Positions 49,314 through 64,000 of a stretch of DNA of 64,000 nt are shown here, piece by piece. Under the pieces are notes generated by a model that had not been told where the DNA came from, searched no databases, and was given only the letters and a program-made list of their open reading frames with translations. Made by a program: the position numbers and the translations under genes. Source of the DNA: Eledone cirrhosa (taxonomy: Eukaryota); NCBI GenBank assembly GCA_964016885.1, contig OZ024744.1, forward strand, positions 99,386,001 through 99,450,000, in the 5' to 3' direction. Every line of letters starts with the position of its first letter. The first letter of the stretch is position 1.

Positions 49314-52300
49314 TCCCCACACACGCCACCACCACCATCACCACGGCCTCTAACACCACCAACATCTCCATCACCAACAACACCACTACCAACACCACAG
49401 CCACTACCACTAACACCACCACCAACACCACTACCAACACCACAGCCACTACCACCAACACCACCACCAACACCACTACCAATACCACAGCCACTACTAC
49501 CAACACCACAGCCACTACCACTAACACCACCACCAACACCACCACCAACACCACTACCAACACCACAGCCACTACCACCAACACCACCACTAACACCACT
49601 ACCAACACCACAACCACTACCACTAACACCACCACCAACACTACTACCAACAACACTACCAACACCACAGCCACCACCACCAACACCACCACCAACACCA
49701 CTACCAACACCACAGCCACTACCACCAACACCACCACTAACACCACTACCAACACCACAGCCACTACCACTAACACCACCACCAACACTACTACCAACAC
49801 CACAGCCACTACCACTAACACCACCACCAACACTACTACCAACACCACAGCCACTACCACCAACACCACCACTAACACCACTACCAACACCACTTCCAAC
49901 ACCAGAGCCACTACCACTAACACCACCACCAACGCCACTACCAACACCACAGCCACTACCACCAACACCTCAACCAACACCACTACCAACACCACAGCCA
50001 CTACCACTAACACCACTACCAACACCACTACCAACACCAGAGCCACTACCACTAACACCACTACCAACACCACTACCAACACCACAGCCACTACCACTAA
50101 CACCACTACCAACACCACTACCAACACCACAGCCACTACCATTAACACCACCACCAACACCACTACCAACACCACAGCCACTACCACCAACACCACCACT
50201 AACACCACTACCAACACCACAGCCACTACCACTAACACCACCACCAACACCACTACCAACACCACAGCCACTACCACCAACACCTCAACCAACACCACTA
50301 CCAACACCACAGCCACTACCACTAACACCACGACCAACACCACTACCAACACCACAGCCACTACCCCTAACACCACCACCAACGCCATTACCAACACCAC
50401 AGCCACTACCACTAACACCACCACCAACACCACTACCAACACCACAGCCACTACCACTAACACCACCACTAACACTACTACCAACACCACAGCCACTACC
50501 ACTGACACCACTACCAACACCACTACCAACACCACAGCCACTACCATTAACACCACTACCAACACCACTACCAACACCACAGCCACTACCCCTAACACCA
50601 CCACCAACGCCACTACCAACACCACAGCCACTACCACTAACACCACTGCCAACACCACAGCCACTACCCCTAACACCATCACCAACGCCACTACCAACAC
50701 CACAGCCACTACCACTGACATTACCACCAACACCACTACCAACACCACAGCCACTACCATTAACACCACCAACAACACCACTACCAACACCACAGCCACT
50801 ACCACTAACACCACCACCAACACCACTACCAACACCACAGACACTACCACTAATACCACCACCAACACCACAGCTACTACCACTAATACCACCACCAACA
50901 CCACAGCCACTACCACTAACACCACCAACACCACTACCAACACCACAGCCACTACCACTAACACCACCAACACCACTACCAACACCACAGCCACTACCAT
51001 TAACACCACCACCACTACCATCACCACAGGCAATATCTAACACCACCACCAAAACCACTACCAACACCACAGCCACTACTACTAATATCCCCACCAACAA
51101 CACTACCAACACCACCACAGACACTACCACTAACACCACATCTAATACCACCAACACACACAGCCACTACCATTAACACCAATAACACCACCACAACCAC
51201 TACCACTAACACCACTACCAACACCACAGCCACTACCACTAACACCACTACCAACACCACTACCAACACCACAGCCACTACCACTAACACCACCACCAAC
51301 ACCAATAAAAACACCACAGCCACTACCACTAACACCACCACTAACACCACTACCAACACCGCAGCCACTTCCACTAACACCACCACCAACACCACTACCA
51401 ACGCCACAGCTACTATCACTAATACCACCACCAACACCACAGCTACTACCACTAATACCACCACCAACACCACAGCCACTACCATCAACACCACTACCAA
51501 CACCACAGACACTACCACTAACACCACGACCAACACCAATACCAACACCACAGTTACTACCACTAATACCACCACCAACACCACAGCCACTACCACTAAC
51601 ACCACCACCAACACCACCACCAACACCACTACCAACACCACCACTAACACCACCACCAACGACACTACCAACACCACAGACACTACCTCTAACACCACCA
51701 CTAAATCCACCACCAACACCACTACCAACACCACAGCCACCGCTATTAACACCACCACCAACACCACTACCAACACCACAGCCACTACTACAAACATCCC
51801 CACCAACAACACTACCAACCCCACCACCAACACCACAGCCACTACCACTAACACCACCACAGACACCACTACCAACCCCACATACACTACCACTAACACC
51901 ACTACTAACGCCACTACCAACACCACAGACACTACCACTAACGCCACCACCAACGACACTACCAACACCGCTAACACCACTACCAACACTACAGTCACTA
52001 CCACTAACACCACTACCAACACCACTACCAACACCAGAGCCACTAACACCCCCACCAACACCACAGTCACTACCACTAACACCACCACCAACACCACCAC
52101 CAATGCCACAGCCACAACCATTAACACCACTACCAACACCAATACCAACATCACAGCCACTACCATTAACACCACCACTAACACCACTACCAATACCACA
52201 GCCACTACCACTAACACCACCACCAACACCGCTACCAACACCACTACTAACACCACAACGACTACCACTAACACCACTACCAACAGCACTACCAACACCA

Positions 52301-55300
52301 CAGCTACTAGCATTAACACCACCACCAACACCACTACCAACACCACAGCTACTATCACTAACACCACTACCTACACCACTACCAACACCGCAGCCACTAC
52401 CACTAACACTACAACCAACACCACTACCAAGACCACAGCCACTACCACTAACACCACCACCAACACCACTACCAACACCACTACCAACACCACTACCAAC
52501 ACCACAGCAACTACCACCAACACCACCACCAACACCACTACCAACACCACAGCCACTACCGCTAAAACCACCACTAACACCACCACCAACACCAGAGCTA
52601 CTACCACTAACACCACCACCAACACCACTACCAACACCACAGCCACCACCACCAACACCACTACCAACACCACAGCCACTACCATTAACACGACCACCTA
52701 CAGCACGACCAACACCACTACCAACACCACTACCAACACCACTACCAACACCACTACCAACACCACAGCCACTACTACTAACACCACCACTAACACCACC
52801 TCCAACACCACAGCCACTACCATCAACACCACCACCAACACCACAGCCACTGCCGCTAACACCACCACTAACACCACAACCAACACCACTAACACCACTA
52901 CCAGCACCAGAGCCACCACCACTACGAACACAACCAACAACACCAACACCACTACCATTATCACTAACACCACCACTAACACCACTACCAACTTCAGAGC
53001 CACTACCATTAACACCACCACCAACACCACTACCAACACCACTACCAACACCACTACCAACACCACAGCCACTACCACTAACACCACCACCAACACCACT
53101 AAAAACACCACAGCTACTACCACTAACACCACCACCAACACCACCACCAACACCACTACCAACACAACTACCAATACCACAGCTACTACAACCAACACCA
53201 CTACCAACACAACTACCAACACCACAGCCACTACCACTAACACCACTGCCAACACCACTACCAACACGACAGTCACTACCACTATCACCACCACCAACAC
53301 CACTAACAACACCACAGCCACTACCAATAACACCATCACCAATACCACAGCCACCACCACAAACACCACCACTAACACTACTACCAAGACCACTATCAAC
53401 ACCACTAACAACATCACAGCCACTTCCATAACACCACCACCACTAGCACCACTACCTACGTCACAGCCACTACCACTAACCCCACCAGCAACCCCACTAC
53501 CTACACCACAGCCACTACCACCAACACCACAACCAACACCACAGCCACTACCACCAACACCACAACCAACACCACAGCCACTACCACCAACACCACCACC
53601 AACACCACAGCCACTACCACTAACATTACCACCAACACCACCACCAACACCACAGCCACTACCACTAACATTACCACCAACACCACCACCAACACCACAG
53701 CCACTACCACTAACATTACCACCAACACCACAGCCACTACCACTAACATTACCACCAACACCACCACCAACACCACAGCCACTACCACTAACATTACCAC
53801 CAACACCACAACCAACACCACAGCCGCTACCACCAACACCACCACCAACACCACAGCCACTACCACTAACATTACCACCAACACCACAACCAACACCACA
53901 GCCGCTACCACCAACACCACCACCAACACCACAGCCACTACCACTAACATTACCACCAACACCAACACCACAGCCACTACCACTAACATTACCACCAACA
54001 CCACAACCAACACCACAGCCACTACCACTAACATTACCACCAACACCACAACCAACACCACAGCCACTACCACCAACACCACCACCAACACCACAGCCAC
54101 TACCACTAACATTACCACCAACACCACCACCAACACCACAGCCACTACCACTAACATTACCACCAACACCACCACCAACACCACAGCCACTACCACTAAC
54201 ATTACCACCAACACCACCACCAACACCACAGCCACTACCACTAACATTACCACCAACACCACAACCAACACCACAGCCACTACCACCAACACCACCACCA
54301 ACACCACAGCCACTACCACTAACATTACCACCAACACCACAACCAACACCACAGCCACTACCAATAACACCACCACCAACACCACTACCAACACCACAGC
54401 CACTACCACTAACACCACCACCAACACCACAGCCACTACCACTAACATTACCACCAACACCACAGCCAACACCACAGCCACTACCATTAACACCACCACC
54501 AACACCACAGCCACTACCACTAACATTACCACCAACACCACCACCAACACCACAGCCACTACCAAGAACACCACCACCAGCACCACAGCCACTACCACTA
54601 TCACCACCAACACCAGTACCAACACCACAGCCACTACCATTAACACCACCACCAACACCACAGCCACTACCACTAACACCACCAACACCACTACCAACAC
54701 CACAGCCACTACCACTAACACCACCACCAACACCACAGCCACTACCACTAACACCACCACCAACACCACTACCAACACCACAGCCACTACCACTAACACC
54801 ACTACCAACACCACTACCAACACCACAGCCACTACCATTAACACCACCACCAACAACACTACCAACACCACAGCCACTACCACTAACACCACCACCAACA
54901 CCACTACCTACACCACAGCCACTACCATTAACACCACCACCAACACCACTGCCACTACCACTAACACCACCAGCAACACGACTACCAACACCACAGCCAC
55001 CACCACTAACACCACCACCAACACCACAGCCACTACCACTAACACCACCAGGAACACCACTACCAACATCACAGCTACTACCATTAACACCACCACCAAT
55101 ACTACTACCAACACCACAGCCACTACCATCAACACCACCACCAACACCACAGCCACTGCCGCTAACACCACCACTAACACCACAACCAACACCACTAACA
55201 CCACAACCAACACCAGAGCCACCACCACTACGAACACAACCAACAACACCAACACCACTACCATTATCACTAACACCACCACTAACACCACTACCAACTT

Positions 55301-58300
55301 CAGAGCCACTACCATTAACACCACCACCAACACCACTACCAACACCACTACCAACACCACTACCAACACCACAGCCACTACCACTAACACCACCACCAAC
55401 ACTACTAAAAACACCACAGCTACTACCACTAACAACACCACCAACACCACTACCAACACCACTACCAACACCACTACCAACACCACTACCAACACCACAG
55501 CCACTACCACTAACACCACCACCAACACCACTACCAACACCACAGCCACTACCACCAACACCACCACCAACACCACTAAAAACACCACAGCTACTACCAC
55601 TAACACCACCACCAACACCACTACCAACACCACTACCAAGATCACAGCCACTACCACTAACACCACCACCACCAACACCACTACCTACACCACGGCCACT
55701 ACCACTAACACCACCACCAACACCACTACAAACACCACAGCCACTACCACTAACACCACCACCAACACCACTAAAAACACCACAGCTACTACCACTAACA
55801 CCACCACCAACACCACCACCAACACCACTACCAACACCACAGTCACTACCACTAACACCACCACCAACACCACTACCAACACCACAGCCACTACCACTAA
55901 CACCACCACCAACACCACTAAAAACACCACAGCTACTACCACTAACACCACCACCAACACCACTACCAACACCACTACCAAGATCACAGCCACTACCACT
56001 AACACCACCACCACCAACACCACTACCAACACCACTACCAAGATCACAGCCACTACCACTAACACCACCACCACCAACACCACTACCTACACCACGGCCA
56101 CTACCACTAACACCACCACCAACACCACTACAAACACCACAGCCACTACCACTAACACCACCACCAACACCACTAAAAACACCACAGCTACTACCACTAA
56201 CACCACCACCAACACCACCACCAACACCACTACCAACACCACAGTCACTACCACTAACACCACCACCAACACCACTACCAACACCACTACCAAGATCACA
56301 GCCACTACCACCAACACCACTACCAACACCAAAGCCACTACCACTAACACCACTACCAACATCACAACCACTACCAAAAACACCACCACCAACACCACTA
56401 CCAACACCACAGCCACTACCAAAAACACCACCCCAACACCACAGCTACTACCACTAACACCACCACCAACACCACCACCAAAACCACTACCAACACCACA
56501 GCCACCACCACTAACACCACTGCCAACACCACTACCAATACCACAGCTACTACAACCAACACAACTACCAACACCACATCCACTACCGTTAACACCACCA
56601 CTAACACCACTGCCAACACCACTACCAACACGACAGTCACTACCACTATCACCACCACCAACACCACTAACAACACCACAGCCACTACCATTAACACCAT
56701 CACCAATACCACAGCCACCACCACAAACACCACCACTAACACCACTGCCAACACCACTACCAACACGACAGTCACTACCACTATCACCACCACCAACACC
56801 ACTAACAACATCACAGCCACTTCCATAACACCACCACCACTAGCACCACTACCTACGTCACAGCCACTACCACCAACACCACTACCAACACCACAGCCAC
56901 AACCACTAACACCACTACCAACACCACCACCAACACCACAGCCACTAGTCTATCACCACCACCAATTCCACTACCAACACCACAGCCACTACCACTAACC
57001 CCACCAGCAACCCCACTACCTACACCACAGCCACTACCACTAACACCACCACCAACACCACTACCAACACCACAGCCACTACCACTAACACCACCACCAA
57101 CACCACTACCAACACCACAGCCACTACCACTAACCCCACCAGCAACCCCACAACCAACACCACAGCCACTACCACCAACACCACCACCAACACCACTACC
57201 AACACCACGGCCACTACCACCAACACCACCACCAACACCACAGCCACTACCACTAACATTACCACCAACACCACCACCAACACCACAGCCACTACCATTA
57301 ACACCACCACCAACACCACAGCCACTACCACTAACATTACCACCAACACCACAACCAACACCACAGCCACTACCATTAACACCACCACCAACACCACAGC
57401 CACTACCACTAACACCACCACCAACACCACAGCCACTACCACTAACACCACCACCAACACCACAGCCACTACCATTAACACCACCACCAACACCACAGCC
57501 ACTACCACTAACACCACAACCAACACCACAGCCACTACCATTAACACCACCACCAACACCACAGCCACTACCACCAACACCACCACCAACACCACAGCCA
57601 CTACCACTAACACCACCACCAACACCACAACCAACACCACAGCCACTACCATTAACACCACCACCAACACCACAGCCACTACCACTAACATTACCACCAA
57701 CACCACCACCAACACCACAGCCACTACCACCAACACCACCACCAACACCACAGCCACTGCCACTAACACCACCACCAACACCACAACCAACACCACAGCC
57801 ACTACCATTAACACCACCACCAACACCACAGCCACTACCACTAACATTACCACCAACACCACCACCAACACCACAGCCACTACCATTAACACCACCACCA
57901 ACACCACAGCCACTACCACTAACATTACCACCAACATCACAACCAACACCACAGCCACTACCATTAACACCACCACCAACACCACAGCCACTACCACTAA
58001 CATTACCACCAACACCACAACCAACACCACAGCCACTATCACTAACACCACTACCAACACCACTACCAACACCACAGCCACTACCACTAACACCACCACC
58101 AACACCACAGCCACTACCACTAACACCACCACCAGCACCACTACCAACACCACAGCCACTACCACTAACACCACCACCAACACCACTACCAATACCACAG
58201 CCACTACCACTAACACCACCACCAACACCACTACCTACACCACAGTCACTACCACTAACACCACTACCAACACCACTACCAACACCACAGCCACTACCAC

Positions 58301-61300
58301 TAACACCACTACCAACACCACTACCAACACCACAGCCACTACCATTAACACCACCACCAACACCACTACCAACACCACATCCACTACCACTAACACCACC
58401 ACCAACACCACTACCAACACCACATCCACTACCACTAACACCACCACCAACACCACTACCAACACCACATCCACTACCACTAACACCACCACCAACACCA
58501 CTACCTACACCACAGTCACTACCACTAACACCACTACCAACACCACTACCAACACCACTACCAACACCACAGCCACTACCACTAACACCACTACCAACAC
58601 CACTACCAACACCACAGCCACTACCATTAACACCACCACCAACACCACTACCAACACCACTACCAACACCACAGCCACTACTGCTAATACCACCCCCAAC
58701 ACCACTACTAACACCACAGCCACTACCACTAACACCACCAACACCACTACCAACACCACAGCCACTACCATTAACACCACCACCAACACCACTACCAACA
58801 CCACATCCACTACCACTAACACCACCACCAACACCACTACCAACACCACATCCACTACCACTAACACCACCACCAACACCACTACCAACACCACATCCAC
58901 TACCACTAACACCACCACCAACACCACTACCTACACCACAGTCACTACCACTAACACCACTACCAACACCACTACCAACACCACAGCCACTACTGCTAAT
59001 ACCACCCCCAACACCACTACCAACACCACAGCCACTACCACTAACACCACCACCAACACCACTAGTAACACCACAGCCACAACCACTAACACCACCAGCA
59101 ACACCACTACCACTAACACCACCACCAATACCACTACCAACACCACAGCCACTACCACTAACACCACCACCAACACCACTACCAACACCACTGCCACTAC
59201 CACTAACACCACCACAAACCCCACTACCAACACCACAGCCACTACCACTAACACCACCACAAACCCCACTACCAACACCACAGCCACTACCACTAACACC
59301 ACCACCAACACCACTACCAATACCACAGTCACTACCACTAACACCACCACCAACACCACTACCAATACCACAGTCACTACCACTAACACCACCACCAACA
59401 GCACTACCAATACCACAGTCACTACCACTAACACCACTACCTACGCCACTACCAACACCACAGCCACTACCACTAACACCACCACCAACACCACTACCAA
59501 CACCACAGTCACTACCACTAACACCACTACCTACACCACTACCAACACCACAGCCACTACCACTAACACCACTACCAACACCACAGCCACTACTGCTAAT
59601 ACCACCCCCAACACCACTACCAACACCACAGCCACTACCACTAACACCACCACCAACCCCACTACCAACACCACAGCCACTACCACTAACACCACCACCA
59701 ACACCACTACCAACACCACAGCCACTACCACTAACACCACCACCAACACCACTAAAAACACCACAGCTACTACCACTAACACCACCACCAACACCACTAC
59801 CAACACCACAGCCACTACCACTAACACCACCACCAACACCACTACCAACACCACAGCCACTACCACTAACACCACCACCAACACCACTAAAAACACCACA
59901 GCTACTACCACTAACACCACCACCAACACCACTACCAACACCACTACCAAGATCACAGCCACTACCACTAACACCACCACCACCAACACCACTACCTACA
60001 CCACGGCCACTACCACTAACACCACCACCAACACCACTACAAACACCACAGCCACTACCACTAACACCACCACCAACACCACTAAAACACCACAGCTACT
60101 ACCACTAACACCACCACCAACACCACCACCAACACCACTACCAACACCACAGCCACTACCACTAACACCACCACCAACACCACTACCAACACCACAGCCA
60201 CTACCACTAACACCACCACCAACACCACTAAAAACACCACAGCTACTACCACTAACACCACCACCAACACCACTACCAACACCACTACCAAGATCACAGC
60301 CACTACCACTAACACCACTACCACCAACACCACTACCTACACCACGGCCACTACCACTAACACCACCACCAACACCACTACAAACACCACAGCCACTACC
60401 ACTAACACCACCACCAACACCACTAAAAATACCACAGCTACTACCACTAACACCACCACCAACACCACTACCAACACCACTACCAAGATCACAGCCACTA
60501 CCACCAACACCACTACCAACACCAAAGCCACTACCATTAACACCACCACCACCAACACCACTACCTACACCACGGCCACTACCACTAACACCACCACCAA
60601 CACCACTACAAACACCACAGCCACTACCACTAACACCACCACCAACACCACTAAAAATACCACAGCTACTACCACTAACACCACCACCAACACCACTACC
60701 AACACCACTACCAAGATCACAGTCACTACCACCAACACCACTACCAACACCAAAGCCACTACCATTAACACCACTACCAACATCACAACCACTACCAAAA
60801 ACACCACCACCAACACCACTACCAACACCACAGCCACTACCAAAAACACCACCCCAACACCACAGCTACTACCACTAACACCACCACCAACACCACCACC
60901 AAAACCACTACCAACACCACAGCCACCACCACTAACACCACTGCCAACACCACTACCAATACCACAGCTACTACAACCAACACAACTACCAACACCACAT
61001 CCACTACCGTTAACACCACCACTAACACCACTGCCAACACCACTACCAACACGACAGTCACTACCACTATCACCACCACCAACACCACTAACAACACCAC
61101 AGCCACTACCATTTACACCATCACCAATACCACAGCCACCACCACAAACACCACCACTAACACCACTGCCAACACCACTACCAACACAACAGTCACTACC
61201 ACTATCACCACCACCAACACCACTAACAACACCACAGCCACTACCATTAACATCATCACCAATACCACAGCCACCACCACCAACACCACCACCAAAACCA

Positions 61301-64000
61301 CTACCAACACCACAGCCACCACCACTAACACCACTGCCAACACCACTACCAATACCACAGCTACTACAACCAACACAACTACCAATACCACATCCACTAC
61401 CGTTAACACCACCACTAACACCACTGCCAACACCACTACCAACACGACAGTCACTACCACTATCACCACCACCAACACCACTAACAACACCACAGCCACT
61501 ACCACTAACACCACCACTAACACTACTACCAAGACCACTATCAACACCACTAACAACATCACAGCCACTTCCATAACACCACCACCACTAGCACCACTAC
61601 CTACGTCACAGCCACTACCACCAACACCACTACCAACACCACCACCAACACCACAGCCACTAGTCTATCACCACCACCAATTCCACTACCAACACCACAG
61701 CCACTACCACTAACACCACCACCAACACCACTACCAACACCACATCCACTACCACTAACCCAACCAGCAACCCCACTACCAACACCACAGCCACTACCAA
61801 TAACACCACCACCAACACCACTACCAACACCACAGCCACTACCACTAACCCCACCAGCAACCCCACTACCTACACCACAGCCACTACCACTAACACTACC
61901 ACCAACACCACAACCAACACCACAGCCACTACCAAGAACACCACAACCAACACCACAGCCACTACCAAGAACACCACAACCAACACTACAGCCACTACCA
62001 CTAACATTACCACCAACACCACAGCCACTACCACTAACATTACCACCAACACCACAACCAACACCACAGCCACTACCACCAACACCACCACCAACACCAC
62101 AGCCACTACCACTAACACCACCACCAACACCACAACCAACACCACAGCCACTACCATTAACACCACCACCAACACCACAGCCACTACCACTAACATTACC
62201 ACCAACACCACAACCAACACCACAGCCACTACCACCAACACCACCACCAACACCACAGCCACTACCACCAACACCACCACCAACACCACAGCCACTACCA
62301 CCAACACCACCACCAACACCACAGCCACTACCACCAACACCACCACCAACACCACAGCCACTACCACTAACACCACCACCAACACCACAACCAACACCAC
62401 AGCCACTACCATTAACACCACCACCAACACCACTACCAACACCACTACCAACACCACTACCAACACCACAGCCACTACCACTAACACCACCACCAACACC
62501 ACAACCAACACCACAGCCACTACCACCAACACCACCACCAACACCACAGCCACTACCACTAACATTACCACCAAGACCACAACCAACACCACAGCCACTA
62601 CCATTAACACCACCACCAACACCACAGCCACTACCACTAACATTACCACCAACACCACAACCAACACCACAGCCACTACCACCAACACCACCACCAACAC
62701 CACAGCCACTACCACTAACATTACCACCAACACCACCACCAACACCACAGCCACTACCATTAACACCACCACCAACACCACAGCCACTACCACTAACATT
62801 ACCACCAACACCAACACCACAGCCACTACCACCAACACCACCACCAACACCACAGCCACTACCACTAACATTACCACCAAGACCACAACCAACACCACAG
62901 CCACTACCACTAACATTACCACCAACACCACCACCAACACCACAGCCACTACCACTAACATTACCACCAACACCACAACCAACACCAAAGCCACTACCAT
63001 TAACACCACCACCAACACCACAGCCACTACCACTAACATTACCACCAACACCACCACCAACACCACAGCCACTACCACTAACATTACCACCAACACCACA
63101 ACCAACACCAAAGCCACTACCATTAACACCACCACCAACACCACAGCCACTACCACTAACATTACCACCAACACCACCACCAACACCACAGCCACTACCA
63201 CTAACATTACCACCAACACCACAGCCACTACCACTAACATTACCACCAACACCACTACCAACACCACAGCCACTACCATTAACACCACCACCAACACCAC
63301 AGCCACTACCACTAACATTACCACCAACACCACAACCAACACCACAGCCACTACCACCAACACCACCACCAACACCACAGCCACTACCACTAACATTACC
63401 ACCAACACCACAACCAACACCACAGCCACTACCACCAACACCACCACCAACACCACAGCCACTACCACTAACATTACCACCAACACCACCACCAACACCA
63501 CAGCCACTACCACTAACATTACCACCAACACCACAACCAACACCACAGCCACTATCACTAACACCACCACCAACACCACAGCCACTACCACTAACATTAC
63601 CACCAACACCACCACCAACACCACAGCCACTACCACTAACATTACCACCAACACCACAACCAACACCACAGCCACTATCACTAACACCACCAACACCAGT
63701 ACCAACACCACAGCCACTACCACCAACACCACTACCAACACCACAGCCACTACCACTAACACCACCACCAACACCACAGCCACTACCACTAACACCACCA
63801 CCAACACCACTACCAACACCACAGCCACTACCACTAACACCACCACCAACACCACTACCAATACCACAGCCACTACCAATAACACCACCACCAACACCAC
63901 TACCTACACCACAGTCACTACCACTAACACCACTACCAACACCACTACCTACACCACAGTCACTACCACTAACACCACTACCAACACCACTACCAACACC
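49214..64000 (+). repeat. C/A-rich compound satellite built from 12/18-bp modules (30- and 42-bp periods), runs off the window
   Basis: Modules ccaacaccacta, ccaacaccacagccacta, ccactaacaccacca; block duplications of several hundred bp (e.g. ~52810-53130 with ~55115-55435; ~56340-56720 with ~60770-61150). Confidence 0.95.

Noticed and set aside
49201-63900. Poly-Val/Leu minus-strand ORFs resembling membrane proteins
   Set aside because: Reverse-complement translation of the CCA-rich satellite.

Overview
Eukaryotic, gene-poor, repeat-dominated DNA. The SINE, RTE-LINE and (TA)n/(CCA)n landscape looks like a coleoid cephalopod (Octopus-like); this is an inference from recalled repeat families. 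I can support no intact protein-coding gene: the long ORFs are by-products of tandem repeats or decayed retrotransposons. About 80% of the window is three arrays: a ~9 kb 57-bp minisatellite (8461-17434), a ~28.5 kb 85-bp satellite (18911-47460) and a >14.8 kb CCA/ACT/AAC compound repeat (49214-end). Main observations: (1) a (TA)n-embedded Penelope-like element (1091-2003) whose ~133-bp inverted repeats each contain a type I hammerhead ribozyme with a U3-A8 variant core, plus a mini-derivative with the same ends at 48976-49109; (2) the 85-bp satellite monomer matches the right end (internal TTAA to terminal TIR/TTAA) of a piggyBac-like MITE present as a single copy at 5237-5463; (3) the 57-bp array is an in-frame amplification of the RGRPRKTW segment of an RTE LINE 3' end, producing ORFs of up to ~40 AT-hook-like motifs next to the AT-rich satellite. 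The likely source sequences of both large satellites are visible in the same window.
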